A DNA stretch of 64,000 nt from an uncultured Acidobacteriota bacterium. GTDB lineage: Bacteria; Acidobacteriota; UBA6911; RPQK01; JAPXNP01. Location of the stretch: positions 576,001 to 640,000 of the forward strand of contig CAVZRV010000007.1 of NCBI GenBank assembly GCA_963777605.1. The letters are read 5' to 3'. A program made the translations under genes and the position numbers. This document shows, one piece after another, positions 10,726-21,222 of this stretch. Under the pieces are notes generated by a model. It had not been told where the DNA came from, did no database searches, and worked only from the letters and a program-made list of their open reading frames with translations. Position 1 is the first letter of the stretch; every line of letters begins with the position of its first letter.

Positions 10726-10765
10726 GTGTTGGGAATCCCCACACGGCATTCGGAAAATCCGACGT
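10726..10765. promoter_or_regulatory. Tandem palindromic enhancer-like sites
   Basis: GTGTTGGGAATCCCCACAC and CATTCGGAAAATCCGACGT start 21 bp apart, about 90-125 bp upstream of the sigma54 motif. Confidence 0.5.
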
Positions 10766-10779
10766 TGCGACTCGTATGT

Positions 10780-11191
10780 AAGGTGACTGCAAACGGCCCG
10801 ACAGGAATGATCTCTACCGCAGGCGCACGCCAGGCTCCGGGACCGGTCAGGTTGACGATGTGCAGGATAAGCCGTTTCCCCTGCCGGTAGAGGTGGCAAT
10901 CGATCAGGCCCGGGTCTCCTTCCAGTAACCCCGCCACCAATCGAGATCATACCGTTGCGGATCAAGTTCGTTAATGTTGGTCTGTCCCCACCGATAAGTC
11001 CGGCGGTACCAGGGTATGGATGCGGATTGAGCGGAGGAGAGGTGGAAGCCGGTGCTGCCCCCAAAGGGCCGAGTCAACGCCACGACCGACAGCAGCCGCG
11101 GTAACCGCTTGATGAAGACCCTTCGATCCTCCTGCTGCCATCCGGCAGCGTGCACAATTTCGTTCATTTCCGGGGAGCGCCTCAACTTCAC
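10780..11191 (-). pseudogene. Internally deleted Tat-signal glycosyl-hydrolase-like gene
   Basis: N-terminal piece (RRVFI...PWYRRTYRWGQTN...WWRGYWK) joins out of frame near 10915 to a C-terminal-like piece (PGLIDCHLYRQ...LILHIVNLT...PVGP). Confidence 0.55.
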
Positions 11192-11235
11192 GCAGCCTAG
11201 GTCAGGACGGCCCTCCAGTCAAGGAGAAATGAGGG

Positions 11236-12747
11236 CTAGCTGGGCAGGGCCTGCCGATGGCAAATCACGCGGTTCTTTCCGGCGAGTTTAGCTTCGTACG
11301 CAGCCTGATCCGCCGCGTTGATGAATGCCCTGATGTCGCGAAACGGCTCACCACGGGTCTGGACAGCGTAACCAATTGAAACCGTCAACCGAACCTCGGA
11401 GTGGTCCTCGGCACCAGGGAACTCCCAGGCGATCCTCGCTCGGATCCGGTTGGCAATCTCCTCGGTGTTTTCGGTGCAACACCCAAGCAGGAGAATGACG
11501 AACTCATCCCCTCCGAAGCGACAGACAAAGTCGCCGCGTCTCAGTTCGCCCGACAGGATCTCGGCGGTCCTTCTTAGCACCTTGTCGCCCATGAGGTGGC
11601 CAAACAGGTCATTCACCTGCTTGAAATCATCGAGATCACAGAAACAGAGGCTCAACTGCAGGCCCGTCTCGGCTACACGGCGAAAGTTGTCTTCCAGCAC
11701 GTCTTCAAAGAACTGGCGATTGTAAACCCCGGTCAGGCCGTCACGCCGGGCATCCTCCCGCAGACGAACCACTTCGGCGGACAGGGACACCAGGGCCACG
11801 TCCTTTTCCCGAGTCTGAAGCATGTATTGGAGACTGGTACTGAAGGCACTCTGCCTGGCTCGTTCGAGGAGAGCTTCAAAATCGCTCGCGGCGAATTCAA
11901 TCTCAAAGATCCGCAGCAACTCGGGCAGGGCCTCCACGACCCGGCCCAGTGCTTTCTCGAAACTCTTCTCATCGAGACCGAGGCTCTTCCTCAGATTCGC
12001 GACCTGGTGCCCATTAGAGGGCCTCTGGGCGGGCGCAATCCAGGCTTCAGCGAGGGGTCCGGAAAGTGCGACACATTCAAACAGGGGCGTCGCCTCATCT
12101 TCCCGAGTCCCGTCCAGGATACCGTGGCTCGCAAGGGCGAGTTGACAGAATATTTCGGGCAACCCCCAGTGGCGGAGCAACCAGGCACCAACCTCAGCAT
12201 GGCTGTCGCCGAGCAATTCGCTCTCGGCTGCGATCAATTCGTCATGTTGCTGACCTTTGTCGGCCAGCAGAGCCTCGTATTCGGCTCCCAGCAACTCTCG
12301 AAGAGCCAGGATGCCGATATCCTGCAGCAGCGCCCCAAGAAAAGCCTCTTCCTTCTGGACAACGTTGGCAGCAACGGCCACCTCGCGGGCCACGGCAGCG
12401 GCGACAACTGAGCGCTTCCATAGAAGTTCCCCCCTGATGTCTCTCCAAGCCGTGCGCAACAACCCTTTGGATAGCGAGAAGCCGAGGGAAACCGTGCGGA
12501 CACCGCTAATCCCCAGGTAGGCTGCGGCCTGGTCAAGAGACGTCACCTGTCGTCGAAGGCCGAAAAGGGGAGAATTTACGATCCTCAGGAGTTGCGCGGT
12601 CAGAGAGGGGTCTCGTTCAATCAGGCGCGCCAACTGTGTTGCTGTGACGTCGGGATCGTCGGTTAGCCGAAGCAGTGAAACCACGATGCCTGGCGGAGAC
12701 GGAAGGCTCGGACAACCCTGGAGCCTTTCTTTGAGCTCGTCTTTCAT
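11236..12747 (-). CDS. HDOD-GGDEF diguanylate cyclase
   Basis: HDOD motifs (LPSPP, DPSLTAQLLRIVNS, LLQDIG, WGLP); DGLTG, DLDDFK, RxxD I-site, GGDEF. Confidence 0.92.
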   Translation of the reverse strand: MKDELKERLQGCPSLPSPPGIVVSLLRLTDDPDVTATQLARLIERDPSLTAQLLRIVNSPLFGLRRQVTSLDQAAAYLGISGVRTVSLGFSLSKGLLRTAWRDIRGELLWKRSVVAAAVAREVAVAANVVQKEEAFLGALLQDIGILALRELLGAEYEALLADKGQQHDELIAAESELLGDSHAEVGAWLLRHWGLPEIFCQLALASHGILDGTREDEATPLFECVALSGPLAEAWIAPAQRPSNGHQVANLRKSLGLDEKSFEKALGRVVEALPELLRIFEIEFAASDFEALLERARQSAFSTSLQYMLQTREKDVALVSLSAEVVRLREDARRDGLTGVYNRQFFEDVLEDNFRRVAETGLQLSLCFCDLDDFKQVNDLFGHLMGDKVLRRTAEILSGELRRGDFVCRFGGDEFVILLLGCCTENTEEIANRIRARIAWEFPGAEDHSEVRLTVSIGYAVQTRGEPFRDIRAFINAADQAAYEAKLAGKNRVICHRQALPS

Positions 12748-12927
12748 GTCTGCGTACCCTGGAAATCCCTCACTGGTTGCCAGGCAGAGTCGGAGACAGG
12801 GAGGGCCTCGATCCCGCCTGACGATCTTCCTTCAGTTGCCATATCGGCTGAGAAAAGGAACCCCGTGAGGGCAAACAGCAAAAACCTCGAACCCGAGTCG
12901 GCACTGGCCAGTGTCGCCGAGTGGATA

Positions 12928-13890
12928 TCAGGCGCGCCGGTCCTCGAGTTCAATCCCCTTTTCGGCGAGGCGAGAGCTCATTTTCAGCAGGTCCTGAGCC
13001 GCCGCCTCATCCACCACGAACGTGATGTTCCCGCCGCGATCCGAATGAACCTGGGCATACGAAATCGGCATCCTTTCCGTCGGTTCCTCGAGCAGGGCCT
13101 GTCCGATCGCTGCCTGCTTCCGGGACCCGTTGGCCAACACCAGAAGATCGCGGGCCTTGAACACCAGGTCGACCGACATTGTCAACGCAAATCTCGGGCA
13201 TTCTTCGAGGGAGGGAAAATGGCCGTCTTCCACCGAGTGCTCCTTGGTGACGACGTCCAGCTCAACGAGGAGCAGTCCCGGCAGTTCAAAGGGGATTCCG
13301 GCCTCATGGAATGCGACATGGCCGCATCCCCCCACTCCGAGGATCTGGAGATCGATCCCTCCGGCTGCGGCAATCGCCTCCCCGTAAGGGCCGAGAACCT
13401 CGGTTCTGACCCATTGCAGATATTCGGAGGTAGCTCCCGGGTCGATCACGACGGCCTTCCCGTTGATATCTCCTTCGTATCTCCATCCTGCCGGATCCGA
13501 TTCCAAGGCTTCGACCAGACGATCGGTCTCGACAATGCCCCCATCGGGAACCACAGTGCTGATCGGAGGCCGGCTCAGCTTGTTGAACAGATTCGAATCC
13601 ATGAAATAGCGATAGCTCTCGGGATGCGACGACGACGAACCGGCCGTCCCGTTTCCGAGTCCGACATATTCATCGAGGTTGAACGTCCTCCAACAGGAAC
13701 TGTCAATCTGGCCGTTATTGGCTGCGTCGGCCAGTCGCCGGTAAAGTCCCGTCGGAGAATTGCCAGTGGCCAACCCGAGAACGGGGTCCTTTCTCTCCTT
13801 CTCGAGTCGGGCAACCTTCGTCACCACCAACTCAGCCGCCACATCGCTCATCTGCTCAAAATCTCGGGTCACGATCGTCTTGATCGGCAT
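12928..13890 (-). CDS. nagB: Glucosamine-6-phosphate deaminase family protein
   Basis: LGLATGNSP, FNLDEYVGL, HPESY, GGIDLQILGVG and GHVAFHE motifs. Confidence 0.85.
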   Translation of the reverse strand: MPIKTIVTRDFEQMSDVAAELVVTKVARLEKERKDPVLGLATGNSPTGLYRRLADAANNGQIDSSCWRTFNLDEYVGLGNGTAGSSSSHPESYRYFMDSNLFNKLSRPPISTVVPDGGIVETDRLVEALESDPAGWRYEGDINGKAVVIDPGATSEYLQWVRTEVLGPYGEAIAAAGGIDLQILGVGGCGHVAFHEAGIPFELPGLLLVELDVVTKEHSVEDGHFPSLEECPRFALTMSVDLVFKARDLLVLANGSRKQAAIGQALLEEPTERMPISYAQVHSDRGGNITFVVDEAAAQDLLKMSSRLAEKGIELEDRRA

Positions 13891-14011
13891 GCTTCACACT
13901 CCACCAGGTTTGCAGGGTCAAACAGGTCTTTAAGAATAGGTCCGAGCCCTCCTGAGTTCAATTGCAACCAAACCTCGACCGAAGCCCGGACGACGACGGT
14001 CTTCCGAAACT

Positions 14012-14665
14012 TCAGTCGGGCCTGCCCCCCGATCCGCCGGTGTCCTGGGCTGGTATTCGAGAAATCGATCGGTCGTGCATGCGGCCGAGGACCGGAAGGA
14101 CGATCATGGCACCGGCAAGGGCCAGGAACATGTCCCACTGAGCATCCCACTGGTCCCCCTGGGAACCGAGAAACGCCTGGCCCACGTCGCCGGCCACGAT
14201 CAGCGTGATCCACCATTCAAGAAGCTCCCAGAATGCGGCGATGGCAAGAACGACGCTGACGACGAGGAAATAGAGCCATCCCCCACGCCGAAGAGGAGTC
14301 ACACGGAGTAGAACTTCCCGTGTGATGAAGGCGGGGAACACTCCCATTGCGACGTGACCGACCCGGTCGTAGTGGTTGCGGCTCAGGTCGAACACTTCCT
14401 TGAACCAGTTCCCGAGCGGCGTTTCGGCGTAGGTATAGTAACCCCCGTATACAAGGATGATGACGTGGAAGAAGACACACCAGTAGACCCACTTGGACAT
14501 TGGGAATCGCCGGGCCGTAGCAACCAGCAGAGCAATTCCCGCAAGGCCCGGGACGACCTCGAGAAACCAGTTCAATCGGCCGGCCGGAGGGTCGGCCGCA
14601 GTCGCCAGGCAGACCGCCAACAGAACTCCGAGCAAAATCAGCGGAGTTCGAAAGTAATCTCGCAA
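14012..14665 (-). CDS. DUF2238 (YjdF-like) inner membrane protein
   Basis: YTYAETPLG, RNHYDRVGH and FLGSQGDQWDAQWDM motifs. Confidence 0.85.
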   Translation of the reverse strand: MRDYFRTPLILLGVLLAVCLATAADPPAGRLNWFLEVVPGLAGIALLVATARRFPMSKWVYWCVFFHVIILVYGGYYTYAETPLGNWFKEVFDLSRNHYDRVGHVAMGVFPAFITREVLLRVTPLRRGGWLYFLVVSVVLAIAAFWELLEWWITLIVAGDVGQAFLGSQGDQWDAQWDMFLALAGAMIVLPVLGRMHDRSISRIPAQDTGGSGGRPD

Positions 14666-14818
14666 ATCAGGCTCCCTCTGCTCACGCCATTCTAGCCGGA
14701 GTCAGTTGTCAGCTTACAACTTGATCATTTGCCACTCGCACTGGTCTGCCGGCGTCAATTATAGTTAGAGAGTAAGATCACGTTCGAAATCGGCTCTTTG
14801 GCCCATCGAGGTGTAAAT

Positions 14819-15259
14819 ATGGCTTATCGACGAATTCTCTGCGCAGTGGATTTTTCAGACAACTCTACCGCGGCCTTTTACAGAGCGCTTAATCTGGCCA
14901 AGCAATACTCTTCCCATCTCTTTCTTCTTCATGCGATCGAAGTACAGCCCCTGGTCTCGCAGTGGGTTCAGCATGAAGGGCTGAGCACGCTGACGATGGA
15001 AATCGAGAACAAGGCCCAGGAGGCGATGGACGCTCTGGTCAACTCCGTCAAGGGTGAACTGGAAGAAATCGACCTGAAGACCGAGATTACCAGCGGACGA
15101 GCGTTCACCGAGATCCAAGAAAATGCCCGCGTGTGGAAAGCCGACCTGATCGTCCTGGGGTCCCGGGGAAGCGGGTCATTCGAAGATGCTGCCCTTGGGA
15201 GCACGGTGGACCGGGTCGTTGCCGAAGCCGGTTGCTCGGTCCTCGTGGTCAAGTCCTGA
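14819..15259 (+). CDS. Universal stress protein (UspA domain)
   Basis: RILCAVDFS, DLIVLGSRG, LGSTVDRV and SVLVV motifs; GAGG RBS. Confidence 0.92.
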   Translation: MAYRRILCAVDFSDNSTAAFYRALNLAKQYSSHLFLLHAIEVQPLVSQWVQHEGLSTLTMEIENKAQEAMDALVNSVKGELEEIDLKTEITSGRAFTEIQENARVWKADLIVLGSRGSGSFEDAALGSTVDRVVAEAGCSVLVVKS

Positions 15260-15283
15260 GGCAGAGACTCGGAAGAACGCCCG

Positions 15284-16336
15284 CTAGCAGATGCGTGGCA
15301 ACTGCTCCCCGCTCAGCATGTCGAGGATGCGGTCGACGCCGATCCGGCTTTCGATGGTTACGCGCCCCTCCCCCTGCTCAACATGCCCGATCAGACAGGC
15401 AGCCTGTCCAAGGTCACTCTGTTGGAGGAGACCCAAAGCAGCCTCCCCTTGTTCTTCGGGAACGAAGCAGACAAATCTCCCCTCGTTGGCCACGTAGACA
15501 GGATCCAGACCGAGCAACTCGCAAGCCCCGTGGACGTCGTCACGCACCGGAATTCGCGCTTCCTCGAGATGGATCTGCAACTCGGCGGCTTCCGCGATTT
15601 CAATCAGGGCGCTGGCCAACCCTCCCCGCGTCAGATCGCGCAGGCAGTGAACATCGACACCCCCGTCGATCAAACGGAATACCGGATCGACCAGGCAAGC
15701 GAGGTCGCTCTCGATTGCTGATTCCAACTGGAGCGATTCGCGCGCATTCATCACGGCGATCCCATGCCGGCCCAAGTCTCCGCTGACCAGGCAGACGTCT
15801 CCCGGTCTCACCCGTGCCGGATGAATGTCGATGCCCGGCGGAACCCTTCCGATTCCAGAAGTATTGATGAATATGCCGTCACCCTTGCCTCGATCCACGA
15901 CCTTGGTGTCCCCAGTGACGAATCGGACACCGGCCTCCGTTGACGCCTCGCCCATCGACCGGACAACTTTCCACAGGTCCTCCATCAGGAGTCCCTCTTC
16001 GAGAATCAGGCCGGCACTCATCCAGAGCGGACGGGCTCCGCACATCGCGAGATCATTGGCGGTCCCGAAGACGGCCAGCCGCCCGATGTTACCGCCGGGG
16101 AAAAACAGCGGCTGGATCACGAATGAATCGGTCGTAAAGGCCAAACGACCCGACTCCACCTCCAGGATGGCCCCGTCATGACCCCGGTCGAATTCCTCGT
16201 CGGTCAGTGCGGGCCGCAGCATCCCGTCAATCAGAGTGCGCATCAGCCGCCCGCCGCCGCCATGTCCCATCAGAACTTTGGTGTGGCGGGTGATGGGCAA
16301 CGGGCACTCGAACCCCAATTGACTATTGTCTTTCAT
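15284..16336 (-). CDS. hypE: Hydrogenase maturation protein HypE
   Basis: HGGGG, FTTDSF, GDTKVV, DLTRGG, ANEG; C-terminal PRIC. Confidence 0.96.
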   Translation of the reverse strand: MKDNSQLGFECPLPITRHTKVLMGHGGGGRLMRTLIDGMLRPALTDEEFDRGHDGAILEVESGRLAFTTDSFVIQPLFFPGGNIGRLAVFGTANDLAMCGARPLWMSAGLILEEGLLMEDLWKVVRSMGEASTEAGVRFVTGDTKVVDRGKGDGIFINTSGIGRVPPGIDIHPARVRPGDVCLVSGDLGRHGIAVMNARESLQLESAIESDLACLVDPVFRLIDGGVDVHCLRDLTRGGLASALIEIAEAAELQIHLEEARIPVRDDVHGACELLGLDPVYVANEGRFVCFVPEEQGEAALGLLQQSDLGQAACLIGHVEQGEGRVTIESRIGVDRILDMLSGEQLPRIC

Positions 16337-17429
16337 GCTGCACTTCCCTGGCTCGGTACCTGTAGTAGGCAGCACAGGCGCCTTCCGAAGAGACCATCGT
16401 CGCACCCAGCGGGTGTTCCGGCGTACATGCCCTGCCGAATTCGGAACAATCGGGAGGCTTGATGAGGCCTCGCAGGATTTCCCCACTGCGACAATCCGAC
16501 GGTTCATCGAGCGACCCGGTAACGAGACCGAAACGGCCTTCTGCATCGAGGGAAACAAATTCGGGCGTGAGTTCCAGTCCGCTCGAACTGATTTCGCCGA
16601 TACCTCGCCACTTCCGATCTCTGACCTGGAAAACTCGCCGAATCAGGTCCTGGGCGGCACGGTTCCCTTCCCGGCGAACCGACCGGGTGTACTGGTTCTC
16701 AACGACGCACCGACCTTCCTCGAGTTGGCACAGGCTCATGTAGAGCCCCTGCATGATGTCTACCGGCTCGAATCCGGTGACCACGATCGGCACCTTGTAC
16801 TTGAGGGCGATCGGCTCGTATTCACTGAACCCCATTACAGTACAGACGTGTCCTGCAGCGAGGAAGCCGTTCACCAGGTTGTCGGGCGCGGAGAGGATTG
16901 CTTCGATTGCCGGTGGGACCAACACGTGCGACACGAGGACGCTGAAGTTGGCGATTCCCTGGCGGGCGGCCTGATAGACCGCCAGCGCATTGGCAGGAGC
17001 CGTCGTTTCAAAGCCTACCGCGAAAAAAACCACCTCTCGGGCAGGGTTGGCGACGGCAATCTTGACGGCGTCCATCGGAGAGTAGACGATTCGGACGTCC
17101 CCTCCTTCCGCCTTCACCGTCAACAGGTCCTTTTCCCGGCCGGGCACGCGGAGCATGTCCCCGAAGGAACAGAAGATCACGCCGGGCCAGGACGCGATTT
17201 CGATTGCTTTTTCGATGAATTCCAGCGGAGTGACACAGACCGGACAGCCCGGGCCGTGAACCAGTGTGACTCCTTCCGGAAGGAGTTGGTCGAGGCCGAA
17301 CTTCACGATGGAATGGGTCTGGCCACCGCAGATTTCCATAATTGTCCAGGGGAGCGTGACCACGCGCCTAATCAGGCGGGTATAGTGCCGAACTGCCTCG
17401 GCATCCCGGTACTCATCGACGAATTTCAC
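16323..17429 (-). CDS. hypD: Hydrogenase maturation protein HypD
   Basis: [24 protein letters not shown] and [10 protein letters not shown] motifs. Confidence 0.97.
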   Translation of the reverse strand: MKFVDEYRDAEAVRHYTRLIRRVVTLPWTIMEICGGQTHSIVKFGLDQLLPEGVTLVHGPGCPVCVTPLEFIEKAIEIASWPGVIFCSFGDMLRVPGREKDLLTVKAEGGDVRIVYSPMDAVKIAVANPAREVVFFAVGFETTAPANALAVYQAARQGIANFSVLVSHVLVPPAIEAILSAPDNLVNGFLAAGHVCTVMGFSEYEPIALKYKVPIVVTGFEPVDIMQGLYMSLCQLEEGRCVVENQYTRSVRREGNRAAQDLIRRVFQVRDRKWRGIGEISSSGLELTPEFVSLDAEGRFGLVTGSLDEPSDCRSGEILRGLIKPPDCSEFGRACTPEHPLGATMVSSEGACAAYYRYRAREVQHERQ

Positions 17430-17686
17430 TGCGATCGCCCAACGTCGGAAAGGTCGTTCAAATCGTCGATCTGGCGCAAATACTCGAAAACCTCCATGGC
17501 TTCCTTTTCGTCCACCACGCTGATCGCCATTCCGACGTGTACCATCACGTAGTTCCCCACCGAGACTTCGGGGACACAGGCGAGGTTCACTTCCCTTCTC
17601 ACACCGCCGAAATCAACCTTTCCGACACGGGTGATCGGATCCTCGCCGACAATTTCAACCAGTTTTCCCGGAACCGCGAGACACAT
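17426..17686 (-). CDS. hypC: Hydrogenase assembly chaperone HypC
   Basis: Starts MCLAVPG; VMVHVG motif. Confidence 0.96.
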   Translation of the reverse strand: MCLAVPGKLVEIVGEDPITRVGKVDFGGVRREVNLACVPEVSVGNYVMVHVGMAISVVDEKEAMEVFEYLRQIDDLNDLSDVGRSQ

Positions 17687-17693
17687 TAGATTT

Positions 17694-20039
17694 TCAACCT
17701 TTCCTGCGGGCCGCCATGAGCTGTCCGAGAGCGAGGCCGCCGTCATTCGGGGGGACCAGCTGGTGCCAGTAGGGCTGGAAACCCTGCCCTCGAAGGAGTT
17801 CGACGCCGCCTTCCAACAGGCGACGATTCTGAAAACACCCGCCGCTCAGGACCACTCGTTCGAGTCCACAAAGCCCGGCAACACGGAGCATGGACGAACA
17901 GAGCCCTGAATGGAATTTTGCCACAATTTCACCAATGCGTGCCTTCCGCCGGCAATCTTCGAGGATCGCGTGGAGCATCGGCTCCCAATTGACGACAGAA
18001 GCAACGAACCCGGAAGGGGTGCGAGAGCCGTCGTCCGCCTCCCCAAGCGATCGAATCAAAGCACCCTCCCCCTCATCCACGCCCGCTGTAACCGGCAGGG
18101 GATAGGGATCACCCAGCCATGAAGGTTGGACCTGGGCTTCCAGTTCCATTGCAGCCTGCCCTTCGAAGGAGGCCCGGGCTCGCAGTCCGGTCAGCGCAGC
18201 TACCCCATCGAACAGCCGGCCCACGCTCGATGTCCGGGGACAGTTCAGGGAACGTTCCAGCATTCTCCTCAAGGGTTTCAGTTCACTCGGTTCAAACGCG
18301 TCCCGCAGCAGGGGCAGGGACAGTTCCCAGAGTTCTTCCCCAAATACTTCGTAGAGTAATCCCAACGCGGAGCGGCGAGGCTCCCGGACGGCGGCTTCCC
18401 CTCCCGGCAGTGGAAAGGTCCTGAAATGAGCAAATCGAGAGAATCCGTCCTCCTCCACCTTGAGAAACTCACCCCCCCAAACCGTCCCATCCGACCCGTA
18501 GCCGGTGCCGTCCCACGAAACGCCGAGAACCGGAGGCGGGAGTTCATTCTCGGCCATGCACGAGAGAACGTGGGCGTAGTGATGCTGCACTCGGACCGGT
18601 TGAGGGCTGAGGCTCCGTGCAAGACGGCTCGAGACATAGTCGGGGTGAGCATCGCAGGCGATCCGCCCCGGTTTGATTTCGTACATGGTCTGAAAATCCT
18701 CGATCACCCGACGAAACGCCAGTTCGGCGGCCTTCGTTTCCAGATCTCCGATGTGTTGGCTGATAAACACGTTCCCGCCAACCGACAAGGCGACCGTGTT
18801 TTTGAGGTGCCCCCCCAGAGCGAGCGTATCATCGGGAGCGGCATCCACCGGCAGGGGCAGAGGAGCATAACCCCGGGCTCGCCTTAACAGCAGCGGTCGC
18901 CCCATCACGACCCGGGCGACAGAGTCATCGACATGGCGGGCAATGGGACGGTCGTGAAGAAGGAATAGATCGGCGATTCTCCCAAGGCGTCTAAAGGCAT
19001 CATTATCCCCGGTACAGATGGGCTCCTCGGAGAGGTTCCCACTGGTCGCAACGAGTGGTCGGCCGACTGCGCTCATCAGCAGGTGATGGAGTGGGGTGTA
19101 GGGAAGCATCACTCCGAGCGTGGGGTTGGAGGGAGCCACCAAATCGGATACCAGGTCGATTCCAGGTTCGAGCCGGTCGAGCAGGACGATCGGACATTCC
19201 GGACTTTCGAGAATCTCTCGCTCTACGGCAGAAACCGCCACGATCGAGCGCAATGAATTTGCATCGGGACACATGATCGCGAATGGTTTCTCCTCACGGT
19301 TCTTCCTTTTTCGGAGAAGACCCACCACCTGGGAATCGGCGGCATCCGCCATCAGGTGAAAACCTCCCAGTCCTTTCACTGCGAGGATATGTCCCTGCAG
19401 GAGCGCGGCAACGGCCATTTCGAGCGCGAGATCTCCGACCTCCAGGCACTCACCTTTCGGAGTGCGCAATTCCAGGCGAGGCCCACACTCGGGACAGGCA
19501 TTCGGCTGGGCATGGAAGCGGCGGTTGAGCGGATCCTCGTATTCCTGGCGACAGCGTTCACACATGGTGAAGCGGCGCATCGTCGTATTCGGCCGGTCGT
19601 ATGGCAAGGCCTCGATGATACTGAACCGGGGTCCGCAGTTCGTGCAGTTGGTAAACGGGTAGCGATAGCGCCGGTTGAGCGGATCCATCACGTCGGCCAG
19701 GCACTCCTGACAGGTGGCAATGTCGGGGAGAATGACTGCAGTCTTGGCGCCTCCGGAACTGGACTCTATGGAGAAGCGAGTGAACCCGAGCGGATCGAGG
19801 ACACGACTTTCCAGGCTTTGGATCGAAGCGCGTGGTGGACCTTCCACGTTCAGACGGGCCCTGAACTGGTCGACGAGAGCGGACTCCCCTTCGACGTCGA
19901 TCACCACTCCTTCAGAGGCATTTCGAACTTGTCCCGCCAAGCCGAGTTCCCCGGCCAACCGGTAAACGAAAGGACGAAATCCGACTCCCTGCACCGCCCC
20001 GCGAACCACCAGGTTAAGGCGCACGACTCGGTCTCTCAA
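17694..20039 (-). CDS. hypF: Carbamoyltransferase HypF
   Basis: VQGVGFRPF, two zinc fingers (CTNCGPR, CPECGP), KGLGGFH, HHYAH, PPNDGG; TTG start after GGAGG. Confidence 0.96.
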   Translation of the reverse strand: MRDRVVRLNLVVRGAVQGVGFRPFVYRLAGELGLAGQVRNASEGVVIDVEGESALVDQFRARLNVEGPPRASIQSLESRVLDPLGFTRFSIESSSGGAKTAVILPDIATCQECLADVMDPLNRRYRYPFTNCTNCGPRFSIIEALPYDRPNTTMRRFTMCERCRQEYEDPLNRRFHAQPNACPECGPRLELRTPKGECLEVGDLALEMAVAALLQGHILAVKGLGGFHLMADAADSQVVGLLRKRKNREEKPFAIMCPDANSLRSIVAVSAVEREILESPECPIVLLDRLEPGIDLVSDLVAPSNPTLGVMLPYTPLHHLLMSAVGRPLVATSGNLSEEPICTGDNDAFRRLGRIADLFLLHDRPIARHVDDSVARVVMGRPLLLRRARGYAPLPLPVDAAPDDTLALGGHLKNTVALSVGGNVFISQHIGDLETKAAELAFRRVIEDFQTMYEIKPGRIACDAHPDYVSSRLARSLSPQPVRVQHHYAHVLSCMAENELPPPVLGVSWDGTGYGSDGTVWGGEFLKVEEDGFSRFAHFRTFPLPGGEAAVREPRRSALGLLYEVFGEELWELSLPLLRDAFEPSELKPLRRMLERSLNCPRTSSVGRLFDGVAALTGLRARASFEGQAAMELEAQVQPSWLGDPYPLPVTAGVDEGEGALIRSLGEADDGSRTPSGFVASVVNWEPMLHAILEDCRRKARIGEIVAKFHSGLCSSMLRVAGLCGLERVVLSGGCFQNRRLLEGGVELLRGQGFQPYWHQLVPPNDGGLALGQLMAARRKG

Positions 20040-20055
20040 ATGTCGCTCGCCTCCT

Positions 20056-20724
20056 TTAGCCGGCTCGCTTTGCCTCCAGGCGATCGCGCAGGTAGCGGCA
20101 CCATTCGGCAATCCCTTCCCCGCTTCGAATGCAGGTTCGGAAGATCTTGACGGCCGGGTTCAACGCCCGGATCTGGGCATACACGGCGTCACAGTCAAAC
20201 TCGATCAGGCCGAGGAGATCTGACTTCGTGATGACGGAAACCGCGGCGCGGGAAAAAATGCCGGGGTATTTGAAGGGCTTGTCGTCTCCCTCGGCCACCG
20301 ACAGCAGGGCAACCTTGAAGTCCTCACCAAGGTCGTACGAAGTCGGACAAATCAGGTTCCCGACATTTTCAATGAAAAGAATATCAAGCTGTTCCATCCC
20401 GGCTTCCTGGAGTTCACGGTGGACAAGCCGGGCATCGAGATGGCAGGCGCCGCCCGTCAGAATCTGGCGTGCCGGGACTCCCAGGCGACGGATCCGATCG
20501 GCATCCCGCTCCGTTGCGATGTCCCCCTCCAGCACGCCCACGGAAAGATCCCGCAGTTGAGGCAGAGTGACTTCGAGAAGGCTGGTCTTGCCGGAGCCGG
20601 GGGATGAGATGAGATTGACCACGAGCGTACCGGCCGCCCCAAACTCCGCCCTCAGCTTTCGGGCCGCTTCCTCGTTGGCAGCCAGGACTTTCTGTCGAAC
20701 ATCTATCTGCTTAGTCGCTTCCAC
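20056..20724 (-). CDS. hypB: Hydrogenase nickel GTPase HypB
   Basis: SSPGSGKT, GACHLDA, ENVGNLICP and DKPFKYP motifs. Confidence 0.95.
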   Translation of the reverse strand: MEATKQIDVRQKVLAANEEAARKLRAEFGAAGTLVVNLISSPGSGKTSLLEVTLPQLRDLSVGVLEGDIATERDADRIRRLGVPARQILTGGACHLDARLVHRELQEAGMEQLDILFIENVGNLICPTSYDLGEDFKVALLSVAEGDDKPFKYPGIFSRAAVSVITKSDLLGLIEFDCDAVYAQIRALNPAVKIFRTCIRSGEGIAEWCRYLRDRLEAKRAG

Positions 20725-21076
20725 GTTTTGTCTCCACATCGTCTGTGTAGGTAATCTGGAGCAGGTCCAGGTCGTATCCACCTTCGACCTCCAAGGGCTG
20801 CTGGCAGTCCGGGCACAGGAAGTGCCAGCCCTTTTCTACCCTCAGCTTGTCCTCACCGCAGAACTTGCAGTGCTGCCGAGCGGGTCGCCATTCGATGCTC
20901 AGCTGGGATCCGGCGTGGGGAGTCCCGCTGACCACCGCCTCCCAGGCGAACTCGAGAAGTTGGGGCTCCACTGAGGAGAGTTCGCCGACGGCCACCTTGA
21001 CTTCCTCGAGAGAGCCGGTCCCAATGAGCCTGACGGCCGATTCCAGAATACTGACCGCGATACCCGTTTCGTGCAT
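20711..21076 (-). CDS. hypA: Hydrogenase nickel insertion protein HypA
   Basis: Starts MHE; CKFC and CPDC zinc site. Confidence 0.93.
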   Translation of the reverse strand: MHETGIAVSILESAVRLIGTGSLEEVKVAVGELSSVEPQLLEFAWEAVVSGTPHAGSQLSIEWRPARQHCKFCGEDKLRVEKGWHFLCPDCQQPLEVEGGYDLDLLQITYTDDVETKRGSD

Positions 21077-21222
21077 AGGTCCTCGGACAAGCCCCCATCG
21101 GTCAAACAGACACGATTGAGTATAGCAGGGGATCTTCCAATGCCGGCGGCCGCAACCGGGTTTGACTTGCCTGCTTGGGGCGACGACGATAGAAGTCGAA
21201 AGGGAGCAGTCAAGGAGAATCA

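Noticed and set aside
12750-12925. Possible c-di-GMP riboswitch upstream of the GGDEF gene (GGCAAAC)
   Set aside because: It is on the wrong strand and the remaining consensus elements are absent.
12865-14208. 447-aa plus-strand ORF, and similar long ORFs such as 16326-17552, 24402-25562, 30767-31879 and 62606-63607
   Set aside because: Antisense shadows of well-supported genes in GC-rich DNA, with no recognisable motifs.
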